A DNA stretch of 55,051 bases, taken from the IMG/VR virus record IMGVR_UViG_3300044262_000024, positions 1 to 55,051 of that record, one strand, 5' to 3'. Position 1 is the first letter of the stretch, and each line of letters begins with the position of its first letter. Below are positions 16,841 to 25,831 of this stretch, in pieces. A program made the translations under genes and the position numbers. Below the pieces are notes generated by a model. The model saw only the letters and a program-made list of their open reading frames with translations. It did no database searches and was not told the origin of the DNA. This DNA comes from a virus (taxonomy: Duplodnaviria; Caudoviricetes).

Positions 16841-18379
16841 ATGATACGTGTCGCTATTTACTGTAGAAGCTCCAAGGACCGCTCGGACGTGTCCATTGAT
16901 GCCCAGCGGCGCCAGTTGCAGGAACTGGCCGCCGCGCGTGGCATGAGCATCGTCGCCGAGTTTTCCGATGCCGTTGAGTCTGGGAAGGACGACGATCGCC
17001 CGGACTTCCAGCGCATGCTGCGCGAATTGCGCAACCCGAGACGCGGCTGGGACGCTGTTCTGGTACTCGATACCGCGCGCATTGCCCGCCGTCGCCACCT
17101 GGCCATCATCTTTGAAGAGCACGAATGCAAGCGTGCCGGGGTGCGGGTCATCTACAAGAGCCTCCCCGAGTCTGATCCCATCACCGAAATGCTGCTCAAG
17201 TCCATCCTGCAGGCGATGGATGAATGGCACAGCCTGACCAGCCGGTCCAAGGGGCTGGCCGGCATGAGCGAGAACGTCAAGCAGGGATACCGGGCCGGGG
17301 GAAGCGCGCCGAAAGGTTACCGGCTCGACGCCATCGCCACCGGGGCAATCCGCGACGGCCAGCCTGTCACAAAGTCCAAGCTGGTCCCGGGCGACGACGC
17401 CATGCTGGTGCGCGCCTACCTGCAGCACCGGGCGCGCGGCCTGTCGCGTGCGCGTGCACTGGCCCTGGTGGGGGCCGGCTGGCCCGTGACGACGCTCCTA
17501 TACATGGAGCGCAATGCGCTGACCTACGCCGGGCACACGATCTGGAATCGCCACGCCGAGCGCGACGGCACCCGCTACCAGGGCGGCGATCGCTACCGGC
17601 CGCGAGAGGAATGGGTGATCGAGCGCAACACCCATGAGGCGCTGATCTCCGAAGACGAGGCCAACATCATCACGGCCGCCGCCGAGTCTCGCCGGCCGAC
17701 GCGGGCGCGGGAGGGCGTCGGCTACATGCTGCGCGGCCTGTTGATGACGCCTGACGGGCAAAAGTGGCACGCCGATGGTGACGGGTCATACCGGGTAGGC
17801 AAGGGCAAGCGCATCAAGGCGAGCGAAGTTGATGCGGTCGTGCTGGACGCCATCAAGGCCGACATCGTGAGCGACGAGTTCGCCAGCGCGGTGCTGGACC
17901 ATTACCGCGCGCTGGCGAAGCCGGCCAGCCGTGACAGGTCGGCGACGAAGGCGGCCGCCAGAATCCGCGAGATCGAACAACAGACGCACCGCCTGGCCGA
18001 GCTCATGGGGCAGACTACCGCACCGGAGGCGCTACTGCGCTCGATCGAAAAGCTGGAAGCCGAGCGCGACGGATTGGCAGAACAGATCGCTGCCTCGAAG
18101 GAAGCAGAGAAAGCGGCGACGAGCCTGCGCAGCCTGACGCTGGCCCAGGTCAAGACGTTTCTCGGGAATATTCAGGTTGAGGACATGGACAATGACGCCA
18201 TGGCCGCATTGGTGGAGCGGATCACGCTCGATCCAGCCACGATGGAGGCGCGGATTTACTACAAAATTTGCCAACTTACCGGGGATAAGTTGGCGTCCCC
18301 ACGGGGCACAGAACTTATCCCCGCTTTCGCGTCTCCGCGCGCCGTCGTGATTCCGCACCGTAGGCGGGCTGCGATCTAA
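16841..18379 (+). CDS. Large serine recombinase (phage integrase)
   Basis: AIYCRSS catalytic Ser motif, D..ESG..RP.F, D..RIAR, recombinase domain GYR, coiled-coil C-terminus. Confidence 0.93.
   Translation: MIRVAIYCRSSKDRSDVSIDAQRRQLQELAAARGMSIVAEFSDAVESGKDDDRPDFQRMLRELRNPRRGWDAVLVLDTARIARRRHLAIIFEEHECKRAGVRVIYKSLPESDPITEMLLKSILQAMDEWHSLTSRSKGLAGMSENVKQGYRAGGSAPKGYRLDAIATGAIRDGQPVTKSKLVPGDDAMLVRAYLQHRARGLSRARALALVGAGWPVTTLLYMERNALTYAGHTIWNRHAERDGTRYQGGDRYRPREEWVIERNTHEALISEDEANIITAAAESRRPTRAREGVGYMLRGLLMTPDGQKWHADGDGSYRVGKGKRIKASEVDAVVLDAIKADIVSDEFASAVLDHYRALAKPASRDRSATKAAARIREIEQQTHRLAELMGQTTAPEALLRSIEKLEAERDGLAEQIAASKEAEKAATSLRSLTLAQVKTFLGNIQVEDMDNDAMAALVERITLDPATMEARIYYKICQLTGDKLASPRGTELIPAFASPRAVVIPHRRRAAI
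18280..18323. other. attP: 12-bp inverted repeats around a 16-bp tRNA-Glu 3'-end identity
   Basis: CGGGGATAAGTT (18280-18291) / AACTTATCCCCG (18312-18323); core TGGCGTCCCCACGGGG is the reverse complement of CCCCGTGGGGACGCCA. Confidence 0.8.
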
Positions 18380-18540
18380 CCCCGGGCACGACCGGGCTCG
18401 GCCTTCTTCTCTTCCGCACCAACAATCCGCAAGTCCGGCCGCTTCTCCTGTGACTCAAGCAGTAGGCGCGCGAGTGCTGCGGCACCCGACAATGGCGGCT
18501 TTCCTGTCGACGACACACGGATCTTGGGTTTTGCACTCAC
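18376..18540 (-). CDS. Small basic protein, candidate recombination directionality factor
   Basis: Last gene of the leftward early operon, convergent on the integrase with a 4-bp overlap; function inferred from position only. Confidence 0.4.
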   Translation of the reverse strand: MSAKPKIRVSSTGKPPLSGAAALARLLLESQEKRPDLRIVGAEEKKAEPGRARG

Positions 18541-18755
18541 GACTGCGCACCTTCTTGCCGTGGGTCTACCCGGCATCCGGCGCAGTTCCACCCCTTCAGC
18601 ACGGCCTCGCCGGTTTCAGGGTGGTGTTGGTGGCAATGCTTGCTCATGTTGTCTGGGATCTCGACCATGATTCGCCGGCCGTCCTCGGTCCAGCCGTTTT
18701 GGGCTGGGGCGGTGGGGGCGAAGTCGGCGCGGTTGTAGCAGAGTGGTCTATTCAT
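18537..18755 (-). CDS. Hypothetical Cys-containing phage protein
   Basis: MNRPLCYNR..C..CAGC; 4-bp overlaps with both neighbours. Confidence 0.6.
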   Translation of the reverse strand: MNRPLCYNRADFAPTAPAQNGWTEDGRRIMVEIPDNMSKHCHQHHPETGEAVLKGWNCAGCRVDPRQEGAQS

Positions 18756-19132
18756 GCCTGCCTCCTGCTCGTTATGCAGACCAGCAGCGCCAGCGAATTG
18801 CGGGCCTTGATGAACCGCTCGCCCCCGCGTTCCTTCAGTCGCCGGCGGTAATTCCGTGACCATACCGCCCAGCCCTGCGCCTTCGGCCGTTTGGCATTGG
18901 TGCCATGGGTGATCGAGTACACCGGGATGGCGCGGCCGTCCGTGTTTCGTATCCAGCGCGACACGCGCACCAGTTCGGCAGCCTGCAGGCGCAGTAGCTT
19001 GCGGCTGATCCATCCGTGGTTGTCGTACTCCAGATGGTCGGCCAGGTCGCCCGGTGTCATGTCTCCATCCTCGTCGAGAGCGGATAGCAGGCGGCGGTCG
19101 GTGCGGGTGATTTTGAGTGCTGTTTCACTCAT
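18752..19132 (-). CDS. Winged-HTH DNA-binding protein
   Basis: DRRLLSAL..MTPGDLADHL..ISRKLLRL..ELV pattern. Confidence 0.65.
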   Translation of the reverse strand: MSETALKITRTDRRLLSALDEDGDMTPGDLADHLEYDNHGWISRKLLRLQAAELVRVSRWIRNTDGRAIPVYSITHGTNAKRPKAQGWAVWSRNYRRRLKERGGERFIKARNSLALLVCITSRRQA

Positions 19133-19301
19133 CGTCTTCTCCGAAAACTCGTTGCTCGATGCCGGCCATCACCTTCTCCTGTTTCTCGGTCAGCGTCGCG
19201 CGCTGGCGGATGCTGGGTAGGAAATCGTGTTTCTCCCACGATGAAAGGTCGCTGCCGACTGCTTCGGCCAGGATGCGGTCTACGCGCTGGGCGGGGGTCA
19301 T
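19125..19301 (-). CDS. Hypothetical protein
   Basis: LSSWEKHDFLPSI..LTEKQ; translationally coupled. Confidence 0.6.
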   Translation of the reverse strand: MTPAQRVDRILAEAVGSDLSSWEKHDFLPSIRQRATLTEKQEKVMAGIEQRVFGEDDE

Positions 19302-19942
19302 TGGGTCACCCGCTTGAACTCGACCACCCATACCAACGGGTTGGCGGACCAGCTTTCATGCCCGTTGATCTGCTCCCAGATCGACCGATATGCCAGCTTC
19401 GGGAATCCGGTCGACTTCATGATGTTCTGATCGCCATGAATGTCGCCGCGCTTCCAAAGCGTCGGGTATTCGGGGTTTCGCTCTATACCCTCCGCAATCG
19501 CGTCAGCATCGCTGATGTCCTGTAGCCGCTCGACGCGCACGCTGACGATCTCCAGCGTGATGCGGCTGGCCCAGCGGGGCATGAACATGCCGGGCCGGTA
19601 CTTTCCCCAGCCCGCAATTGGTTCGCAGTCGGCTTCGTAGGTGATGGCGCAGGAGTCGTGAAGGTCGCGCGGCGGGATCGAGTTGGCGTCAGGCGAAGTG
19701 CGCCATGCCTCCCGCACATAAAGCCGGTCGCCTGGCATGCCGTATGGGCAGTGTGTCGCAATCAATGGCGAATGAATCGACGTTGTCTGGTCGCCTTTGC
19801 GCGAGCGCAATACAAGGCCGGAGTCGATGAATCTCGGCTCGTGGTGCGGCTGCGGGGTCACCACCCGCCGCGTCTGCGTCTTCGTGCCGCCGAGCAGGGC
19901 GCGCACCATCGGCGCGCTGAATAGGATGGGGCGCTCTTTCAT
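19298..19942 (-). CDS. ASCH/PUA-like conserved phage protein
   Basis: MKERPILFSAPMVRA..KTQTRR..GDRLYVREAW..MPRWASRITLEI..VERLQDIS..NPLVWVVEF. Confidence 0.8.
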   Translation of the reverse strand: MKERPILFSAPMVRALLGGTKTQTRRVVTPQPHHEPRFIDSGLVLRSRKGDQTTSIHSPLIATHCPYGMPGDRLYVREAWRTSPDANSIPPRDLHDSCAITYEADCEPIAGWGKYRPGMFMPRWASRITLEIVSVRVERLQDISDADAIAEGIERNPEYPTLWKRGDIHGDQNIMKSTGFPKLAYRSIWEQINGHESWSANPLVWVVEFKRVTQ

Positions 19943-20406
19943 GCTGCTTGCTCCTGAATTTCAAAAATCTGCCCACGCCTGACCCGGCGATCCACTTCGT
20001 CGAGCGCGTCCATCGCTTCCTGCTGGCTACACGCTTCAAGCTGCGCCTCGTATATCGGCAGCCACTTGACCAGCGCGGTGAGGCTGGGACCATCCAACAA
20101 CCAGCGGCCGCGACGGTCGCCGTTGATCTTCAGCTTGAAAACTGCCTGCTGTGCGCCGCCGATCAGTTCCGAGTAGCCATCACCCAGCCCGCGCTCGGCC
20201 AGGACCATCGAGACATTTACGCCTGACGCCAGGTTATGAAACGCGATGGCGTCGGCTTGGCCAAGGCGCAGCGCCTCCAGGTGGGTGCGCAGGACGACGC
20301 CAAGGGTCTGCTTCTGGCCATTGTCGAGCGGGTGCTGGCGGTCGGCGCTGCGGAAGGCTGCAAGCGGGTCGATGCGGCGGGTGAAGGTTCTCCCCTTCTT
20401 CCTCAT
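19939..20406 (-). CDS. Conserved hypothetical phage protein
   Basis: 155 aa, coupled to both neighbours. Confidence 0.65.
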   Translation of the reverse strand: MRKKGRTFTRRIDPLAAFRSADRQHPLDNGQKQTLGVVLRTHLEALRLGQADAIAFHNLASGVNVSMVLAERGLGDGYSELIGGAQQAVFKLKINGDRRGRWLLDGPSLTALVKWLPIYEAQLEACSQQEAMDALDEVDRRVRRGQIFEIQEQAA

Positions 20407-20903
20407 AGCGTGTTCCCTTCATGTAGGTCGCGCTTCGCTTGTACATACGCTTCATGAGCATCATTTGCATTCTCGAATTGCCCAAGGTGTTTCTGTCTTC
20501 CGCATACACGGATGTCTGCTCGATATTTCCCAGATGCCTTGTTGAAGCAAACACCAAGGAATCCATGCGTGCTGTCTGAGTGAGCATTTTTTAGGTTCTG
20601 AGCATTCACGGACCTGGATACGTCACGAAGATTTAAAATCCTGTTGTCATCACGATCCCCGTTTATATGGTCAACATGGTGCTTTGGTAGGCTCCCATAG
20701 TGGGCCATCCATGCGAGGCGATTCGCCCGATACAACCCGCCATCAATACCTATGACACGATAGCCGTCCGGCCTGATGCAGCCGGCCACGTCACCAGCAT
20801 TTACGCATCGACGTGGCTTCCTCCAAACAAACAACCCCGTATCGGAGTCATATGAAAGAAGCTCTATGACGCGCTCTATCGTCAGCGGAATGTGTTTGCG
20901 CAT
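20403..20903 (-). CDS. HNH endonuclease with AP2-like C-terminal domain
   Basis: LLSYDSDTGLFVW..RLAW..VDHINGDRDDNRILNLR..GV.F..KYRA.I..KHLG.F; lower GC. Confidence 0.9.
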   Translation of the reverse strand: MRKHIPLTIERVIELLSYDSDTGLFVWRKPRRCVNAGDVAGCIRPDGYRVIGIDGGLYRANRLAWMAHYGSLPKHHVDHINGDRDDNRILNLRDVSRSVNAQNLKNAHSDSTHGFLGVCFNKASGKYRADIRVCGRQKHLGQFENANDAHEAYVQAKRDLHEGNTL

Positions 20904-20905
20904 GA

Positions 20906-21316
20906 TTAAGCCGCTGCCGCCAGTTCAATCCGCATCCGGTACGCTTCCCACTTGACCAGATGGGCGCGCAGTTCCTTCTTGGCGGCCGGCGATACGGCCA
21001 GGCAGACCAGGAAGCCGTCGATCATCGCCTCGTCGGGTTGCGGGCGCTCGGCCGGAATGGGCGGGATACTCGCTGCACTGACGTTGGTCTGTCCCAAAAC
21101 CCCAGCGTCAGAATCCGCTTTCTCCCCTTGATCGTTGGCAGCGGGCTGGGCGTGCGCCTCTGCCGCCGCAGCCCGCGCTTCGCCAGCCTTGCGCTCTGCC
21201 TCGACGGCTGCGGCAATGCGGGCTTCCTCGGCTTTGCGAGCGTCTTCTGCCTTCTCAGCCTCTGCCGCTTTGTGGGCGTCGATCCTGTTAACTACTATGA
21301 GCTGAAACTTGTTCAC
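20906..21316 (-). CDS. Separated C-terminal portion of the YqaJ-family protein
   Basis: GTG start with AAGGAAA SD; FQLIVVNRIDAHKAAEAE continues the usual C-terminus of long phage YqaJ proteins. Confidence 0.6.
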   Translation of the reverse strand: MNKFQLIVVNRIDAHKAAEAEKAEDARKAEEARIAAAVEAERKAGEARAAAAEAHAQPAANDQGEKADSDAGVLGQTNVSAASIPPIPAERPQPDEAMIDGFLVCLAVSPAAKKELRAHLVKWEAYRMRIELAAAA

Positions 21317-22025
21317 GTTTTTTCCTTTCGTGGAATTCTCTCAACGATGCAGCAACCTTTGCCTTGTGCTCTGCGGAAAGCGTATTTCCTCTTTTTGCCT
21401 CGGCAAGCTTTTCTTTGTGGGCTTCTGATAACCGCTTGCCTTTATGAGCAGCGGATATTTTTGCTTTTGTTTCTTGTGACCTCGGCACGCCAATTCGCAA
21501 AGACGGCTTTCCTTTATTCCACGGCGTTTGTCCGATATGTGACGTGGATAGCTTCTGGCGCGTTTCCTCTGACGGAATAACACCTGGCTTCCCTGTCCTT
21601 GCCATTGACATCTTTAGTCGCGTGGCTTCAGATGCCTTTTTCCCAAGGCAATTCTGGTTGCCCTTATTGGCAGCAGATAGTTTTGCCTTGGTTTCCGCTG
21701 ACAAACTCTTTCCCTTCTTCGCGTTTGATAACTTAATGCGGACTTCTGGCGATGGATTACTGAGTCCGGTTCCTCCATCACACAGATTCACTAGGCCATA
21801 TCCATCGCGCCTAAGTTGCGCGATCTGGTGCATTTCGTCAGCCAGTGCCTTTTCTTCTGTTTCGCATGGAAAAACGAAGACAAGAATGTTGTCCTTTCCA
21901 TATTTCGCAACAACTCTCATGTGGTGCGTGGTGCGGCCACAGGAAAAGACATGGCTGCGCCTTCCTGACCCTTTTCCGACATAGGTTCCGTCAGGCTTGC
22001 AGTGAATGTATGTGTAGAACTTCAC
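21288..22025 (-). CDS. GIY-YIG homing endonuclease with NUMOD3 repeats
   Basis: FYTYIH..YVGKG..R; LVNLCDGG.G; repeated S.ET(K/R).K(L/M/I)S.A..G; AT-rich. Confidence 0.88.
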   Translation of the reverse strand: MKFYTYIHCKPDGTYVGKGSGRRSHVFSCGRTTHHMRVVAKYGKDNILVFVFPCETEEKALADEMHQIAQLRRDGYGLVNLCDGGTGLSNPSPEVRIKLSNAKKGKSLSAETKAKLSAANKGNQNCLGKKASEATRLKMSMARTGKPGVIPSEETRQKLSTSHIGQTPWNKGKPSLRIGVPRSQETKAKISAAHKGKRLSEAHKEKLAEAKRGNTLSAEHKAKVAASLREFHERKKREQVSAHSS

Positions 22026-22033
22026 AGCGAGCC

Positions 22034-23269
22034 TCAATCGACTAGAGCAACAATTTCGTTTAGGTCAGGAAAAAGGAACTCATACCCTTTCGCGTATTCC
22101 TTGAACCATCGAATATTTTTTTCGATCCTGTCGGCGATCTCGTTGGCTTCGACCTTGGCCTGCGCAAGCGCCCCGGCTACCTTGTCGCGCATGGAGTCGA
22201 GCGACTTTAGGCCTTTGATGGCGTCGGAGAAGACCAGCGAATTCGGCGTCGGCATCCACTTTCCGCCGATGCGCTCGTTCAGCGAGTTGAAATGCGCAAT
22301 CAAAATGTCTGACGCATTGCGCACAATCTCGGCCTTGCGGTTCGCCTTCTCCGCGTCTACCAGCTTGTTGAGCGCCAGCCGCTTGGCTTTCATCTGCTCG
22401 CTGATGGCGTCCACGGTGCGGAACAGTTCGTCGATGCTGGCCGTCTGTGCCAGCGCCTGCGACTTCGCAAGGGCAAGCCGTTCCTCGCCGTCCTTCAAGA
22501 ACTTCACCATCTTGTCGGCGTCGGCAAAGTCCTGGTCGTTGACCAGTTCGGTCTTGATGCCGTCGATGAAGGTCTGCGCGGCCTGCTTGAACGCCTCCAG
22601 GTTGGTGGCCAGTACCTTGCCCTCGACCTGGACGAACAGGGCGGGCAGGGCTTCGATGGTGGCGGCTACCGGGGCTGGGGCGGTTTCGACATGCTGGTAG
22701 TTGGCCAGGTCTTCGGCAAACTGCTTCCAGCCGGCGATCAGCTTCTCGCGGCGGCCGGGCACGGCTTCGTACCACATGCCGACCGTGTTCTCGGGGGTGC
22801 CGTCGCTGGTGGTGAAGTAGATCCGCTCGGCGCCCGATACCAGAAGTTGCTGCTCAAGCTGCCAGTAGTAGTGCGGCTCAAGCTGGCCGGCGCGCACGGC
22901 ATCGGCCAGGGCAGCGTTCCACAGCTTCGATTCCCAAGCCTTGTCTTCGATGTCGGTCAGGCCGTCGAAACTTGCCAGCAGGCGCATCCCGTCAACTTCG
23001 ATCCAGCCGGTGACGGGGTACAGCGTTTCACCGATGATCCCCTCGACGATGGGCCGCGCGGCGGCTTCAGCGGCGTGTCCGCGGTCGAACAGGCGTTGCG
23101 TGCCTTCGTCAACGTCCTTGGCCAGTCCGGTGGCCTTCTGCTTCAGTAGATCGCTGCGCGTCTGGTACTTGCTGGCGCCCATCATGGCCGGGGCTTCCGA
23201 TGCGGTGAAGCATCCGGCGCGGGCGGCCAGCCATTCGTTCGTCCCTTGCAATGCGTCGATAGTGTTCAT
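22034..23269 (-). CDS. YqaJ-like (lambda-exo family) exonuclease
   Basis: QGTNEWLAAR..TASEAPAMMG..GH..E..LASFDG..WESK..YYWQLEQQL. Confidence 0.9.
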   Translation of the reverse strand: MNTIDALQGTNEWLAARAGCFTASEAPAMMGASKYQTRSDLLKQKATGLAKDVDEGTQRLFDRGHAAEAAARPIVEGIIGETLYPVTGWIEVDGMRLLASFDGLTDIEDKAWESKLWNAALADAVRAGQLEPHYYWQLEQQLLVSGAERIYFTTSDGTPENTVGMWYEAVPGRREKLIAGWKQFAEDLANYQHVETAPAPVAATIEALPALFVQVEGKVLATNLEAFKQAAQTFIDGIKTELVNDQDFADADKMVKFLKDGEERLALAKSQALAQTASIDELFRTVDAISEQMKAKRLALNKLVDAEKANRKAEIVRNASDILIAHFNSLNERIGGKWMPTPNSLVFSDAIKGLKSLDSMRDKVAGALAQAKVEANEIADRIEKNIRWFKEYAKGYEFLFPDLNEIVALVD

Positions 23270-24078
23270 TGTTCTGCCTCCATTTCCTGTACAAAGTCGG
23301 CGTCAATGGCCGGGGTGGGCGCCAGGGCGAGAATCTGCGCGCGCTGTGCGTCGGTGAGGGTGAATCGGGTCGCCGCCATGTCGGCAAAGGCTTGCGCGGT
23401 CTTCTTGCCGGCGTCGATTGCTGCCTGCCACTTGGGGAACTGCGCTTCAAGTTCGGCCTGGTCACACGGTGGCAGTTCTGCCTTTGCGGCTGGCGTGACT
23501 TCGCCGGTGCTGCGGTCGATGGTGCCCATGTCGCGCACGGTGTAGTCTGCCAATTCCTCTGCACCGCCCAACCCTTTAAGCAGGTCCGAAGCGGCATCGC
23601 GCGCCGCAAACCAGAATGCGCGCCATGCCATCTGCCGCTCCGGGTTCGTCCTCCACGGCCCTTCCTTTCCCCACAATCCGGCCGTCTTGGCGTTGTCGAT
23701 GCAATATGTGCGCTCGACCGGCGGACGGTTGCCGCGCGTGATCTTGCAGCGTGCCCGACCGGACTTCTTGATGATCTCGATGTCGTCTTCTTCGATGACG
23801 CAGCCGGCTGCAAGCAGGATCGCCTTGCCGGCATCGCCGTAGATTCCGGGCTTGCCATTGATGACCGCAATGTTCTGGATGGCGGCCATCGGTTGCAGGC
23901 CAACCTCGTTACCCATCTGGACCGCAATCAGCACATCACCAGGCTTGCCCCGGAAGCTCTTGGGGACAAGCTCGGAGTCGGCCATCATCTTGGCGAAATC
24001 CATAGCTTCAGTAAGGGTGCGCGGGGCCAGCGAAAACGTTTGAGGCATGGCGGGTTTTTGTGCGGCGAGGTCGCTCAT
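23266..24078 (-). CDS. recT: RecT-like single-strand annealing protein
   Basis: SELVPKSFRGKPGDVLIAVQMG.EVGL.PM.AIQNIAVING.P..W..NPERQM.WRA; paired with YqaJ. Confidence 0.85.
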   Translation of the reverse strand: MSDLAAQKPAMPQTFSLAPRTLTEAMDFAKMMADSELVPKSFRGKPGDVLIAVQMGNEVGLQPMAAIQNIAVINGKPGIYGDAGKAILLAAGCVIEEDDIEIIKKSGRARCKITRGNRPPVERTYCIDNAKTAGLWGKEGPWRTNPERQMAWRAFWFAARDAASDLLKGLGGAEELADYTVRDMGTIDRSTGEVTPAAKAELPPCDQAELEAQFPKWQAAIDAGKKTAQAFADMAATRFTLTDAQRAQILALAPTPAIDADFVQEMEAEQ

Positions 24079-24383
24079 TTGGCAAGTCTCCATAAAATGA
24101 CAAAAGCCAGCATCAGCACGGCGGCAGCAATGCCCGCCCAGCCGCTGCGGCTGCGTTGCAGAAAGGTGATGCGGCCAGGTGCCGGCTCGTTGTGACCGAA
24201 CGCCTCGCGGGACGAGCGCGGAAAGCGCGCGGTCAGGTTGTCGTCGGTGCATGCGGTGCCGTCGATCAGGAAGCCAAGCGGCTGCGGACGGCGTGGCTTG
24301 TATCGGTTCGGCGTATTGAGTCCACGTTCAGCCGCGACGATCAACGGGCTGCGAAGCTGGGTCTGCTGTCGAATGGTCTGCAT
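24075..24383 (-). CDS. Hypothetical protein with C-terminal TM
   Basis: RFPRSSREAFG motif and hydrophobic C-terminal helix. Confidence 0.55.
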   Translation of the reverse strand: MQTIRQQTQLRSPLIVAAERGLNTPNRYKPRRPQPLGFLIDGTACTDDNLTARFPRSSREAFGHNEPAPGRITFLQRSRSGWAGIAAAVLMLAFVILWRLAK

Positions 24384-24385
24384 GG

Positions 24386-24739
24386 TCAATCCCCCACAAA
24401 GCAAACAGGGCCACGGGCGCGGCACTCGCTGTAATACTTGCCGAGCGCGAGGGCGAACAACTCGTTGCGGTCGTTCTTGACCGCGTATTCGATGACGCCG
24501 TGCGGCTTGTTGCTTACGCCCTGGCGGACATTGACCGGCGCCCAGCGGCGGGCCTTGGCCAGCGGCATGCCACGATCAACCAGATGGCCGATTTCCTCGG
24601 CAACAATCTGTTCGTCGGCGGAAAGCGGCGTGCCGTTGATTTCGGCGTCTGCCAGGGGGCGGGTGTAGGTGTCGCTCGGCAGGCCAAGGCTTTCGCAATA
24701 GGTGGCGTTGGTGCGGGCGATTTCGTGAAACAGGTTCAT
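24386..24739 (-). CDS. First gene of the leftward early operon, hypothetical
   Basis: GGAGGGAA SD, downstream of PL. Confidence 0.6.
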   Translation of the reverse strand: MNLFHEIARTNATYCESLGLPSDTYTRPLADAEINGTPLSADEQIVAEEIGHLVDRGMPLAKARRWAPVNVRQGVSNKPHGVIEYAVKNDRNELFALALGKYYSECRARGPVCFVGD

Positions 24740-24777
24740 GTCATTCCCTCCGTTGTGTTGTTTGGTGGCACAACTGC

Positions 24778-24820
24778 ATTTAACGCCATGTTAAACAGAA
24801 TGTCAAACATTTTGTTAAAT
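24778..24820 (-). promoter_or_regulatory. PL promoter with two 17-bp operators (OL)
   Basis: Minus strand TTGACA-17 nt-TTAAAT; palindromes TTTAACGCCATGTTAAA (24779-95) and TCAAACATTTTGTTAAA (24803-19). Confidence 0.8.
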
Positions 24821-24835
24821 TATTTTGTATGGGCG

Positions 24836-24859
24836 AAAAAAAGCCCGCCGAAGCGGGCA
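24836..24859 (-). terminator. Rho-independent terminator of the cI operon
   Basis: GCCCGC-ttcg-GCGGGC followed by T7 on the minus strand. Confidence 0.8.
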
Positions 24860-24875
24860 GGCAGGAGGGGGAGGG

Positions 24876-25127
24876 TTATTTAGAGCAGGCCAGGAACGGC
24901 TGAGAAAGCTGATCCTCAAGGATGGCGGCTACCCCTACGGCGGCGACTTGATCGCTGGCGAGTTGCCCGGTGCTTCCGAATAGTGGGCGCTCTCCGCGCT
25001 TTTGGATGACGCCGAACACCATCCCGGATATTTTGCCGTCTTTCGCCATTTCCAGCAGCAAGCGCAAGGCGTCGATGGTGTCGTGTTCGTGGAAGTCCAG
25101 CGCGACGAGTTTTGATTTACGAGGCAT
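24876..25127 (-). CDS. Small protein co-transcribed with the repressor
   Basis: MPRKSKLVALDF..; overlaps the cI stop. Confidence 0.65.
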   Translation of the reverse strand: MPRKSKLVALDFHEHDTIDALRLLLEMAKDGKISGMVFGVIQKRGERPLFGSTGQLASDQVAAVGVAAILEDQLSQPFLACSK

Positions 25128-25563
25128 CTTTTTTCTTCCTCGTTGACACGGGGCCATTAAGAAAGCTGAACTCGGTCTTCCGCACGCTGACGACCTTCTC
25201 CGCGCCGAAGTGCTGGGCGGCTTCACGGTTCTTTGCCGCCATCGGGCGCATTTCATCCAGCATGGCCTGCTTTTCGCTAGGCAATAAGTATGCCCAAATC
25301 GCCAGCAAGTCAGCCTCGCCTGAGTAATCGAACGCTTCGCCTATCTGCATAGGCCCTTGACCTGTTTCCAGCCACACCGCCGAGCAGCCTATTTTCTCCT
25401 GCGCAATCAGGATGCCGCCCTTCGACATGCCGCGCTTCTCCCAATTGGCGAGGGTTTGCGGCGACTGGTTCAGGTAGCGGGCGACCTCGGACTGGCCGCG
25501 CCATCCCCGCATGTCCTCCGCTGCCTGGTAGAGCCTTGTCATGGTTGCGTGCATATCCAGCAT
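25117..25563 (-). CDS. CI-like XRE-HTH repressor without a peptidase S24 domain
   Basis: QSEVARYLNQSPQTLANWEKRG..SAVWLETGQGPM; divergent from cro; start may be 25554. Confidence 0.85.
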   Translation of the reverse strand: MLDMHATMTRLYQAAEDMRGWRGQSEVARYLNQSPQTLANWEKRGMSKGGILIAQEKIGCSAVWLETGQGPMQIGEAFDYSGEADLLAIWAYLLPSEKQAMLDEMRPMAAKNREAAQHFGAEKVVSVRKTEFSFLNGPVSTRKKKDAS

Positions 25564-25588
25564 TGTCCTGGCACCGAACAAAATCGGG

Positions 25589-25630
25589 TTCAACAAAGTG
25601 TTTGACTTTCGATTTAACGTGGTGTTAAAT
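25589..25630 (+). promoter_or_regulatory. PR promoter with two 17-bp operators (OR)
   Basis: TTGACT (25602-07)-17 nt-TTAAAT; TTCAACAAAGTGTTTGA (25589-605) and TTTAACGTGGTGTTAAA (25613-29); same 24-bp period as OL. Confidence 0.8.
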
Positions 25631-25636
25631 AAGTGC

Positions 25637-25831
25637 ATGGATACTCCAATCTCAAAAGATAAGGCGCTGATCGAGAAGCTGGGCGGACCCGCAAAGCTGT
25701 CCGAGCTGCTCGGATACAAGAAAAAAGGTGGGCCGCAGCGAGTTAGCAACTGGATGAATCGCGGCATACCGTCAAGGGTGAAGCTCGAACATCCAGAGCT
25801 TTTTCTGTCGGCACACGCGAAAGCCGCATGA
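25637..25831 (+). CDS. Cro-like repressor
   Basis: LIEKLGGPAKLSELLG..QRVSNW..RGIP. Confidence 0.85.
   Translation: MDTPISKDKALIEKLGGPAKLSELLGYKKKGGPQRVSNWMNRGIPSRVKLEHPELFLSAHAKAA

Noticed and set aside
18291-18306. tRNA gene
   Set aside because: Only the last 16 nt of a tRNA-Glu are present; no cloverleaf
16841-18379. Integrase as the cassette recombinase (IntI)
   Set aside because: It has serine-recombinase motifs and its own attP, with no tyrosine-recombinase R-H-R-Y signature
21288-22037. Group I intron around the GIY-YIG gene
   Set aside because: The ORF abuts or overlaps both gene halves, leaving no non-coding space for a ribozyme core that I can recognise
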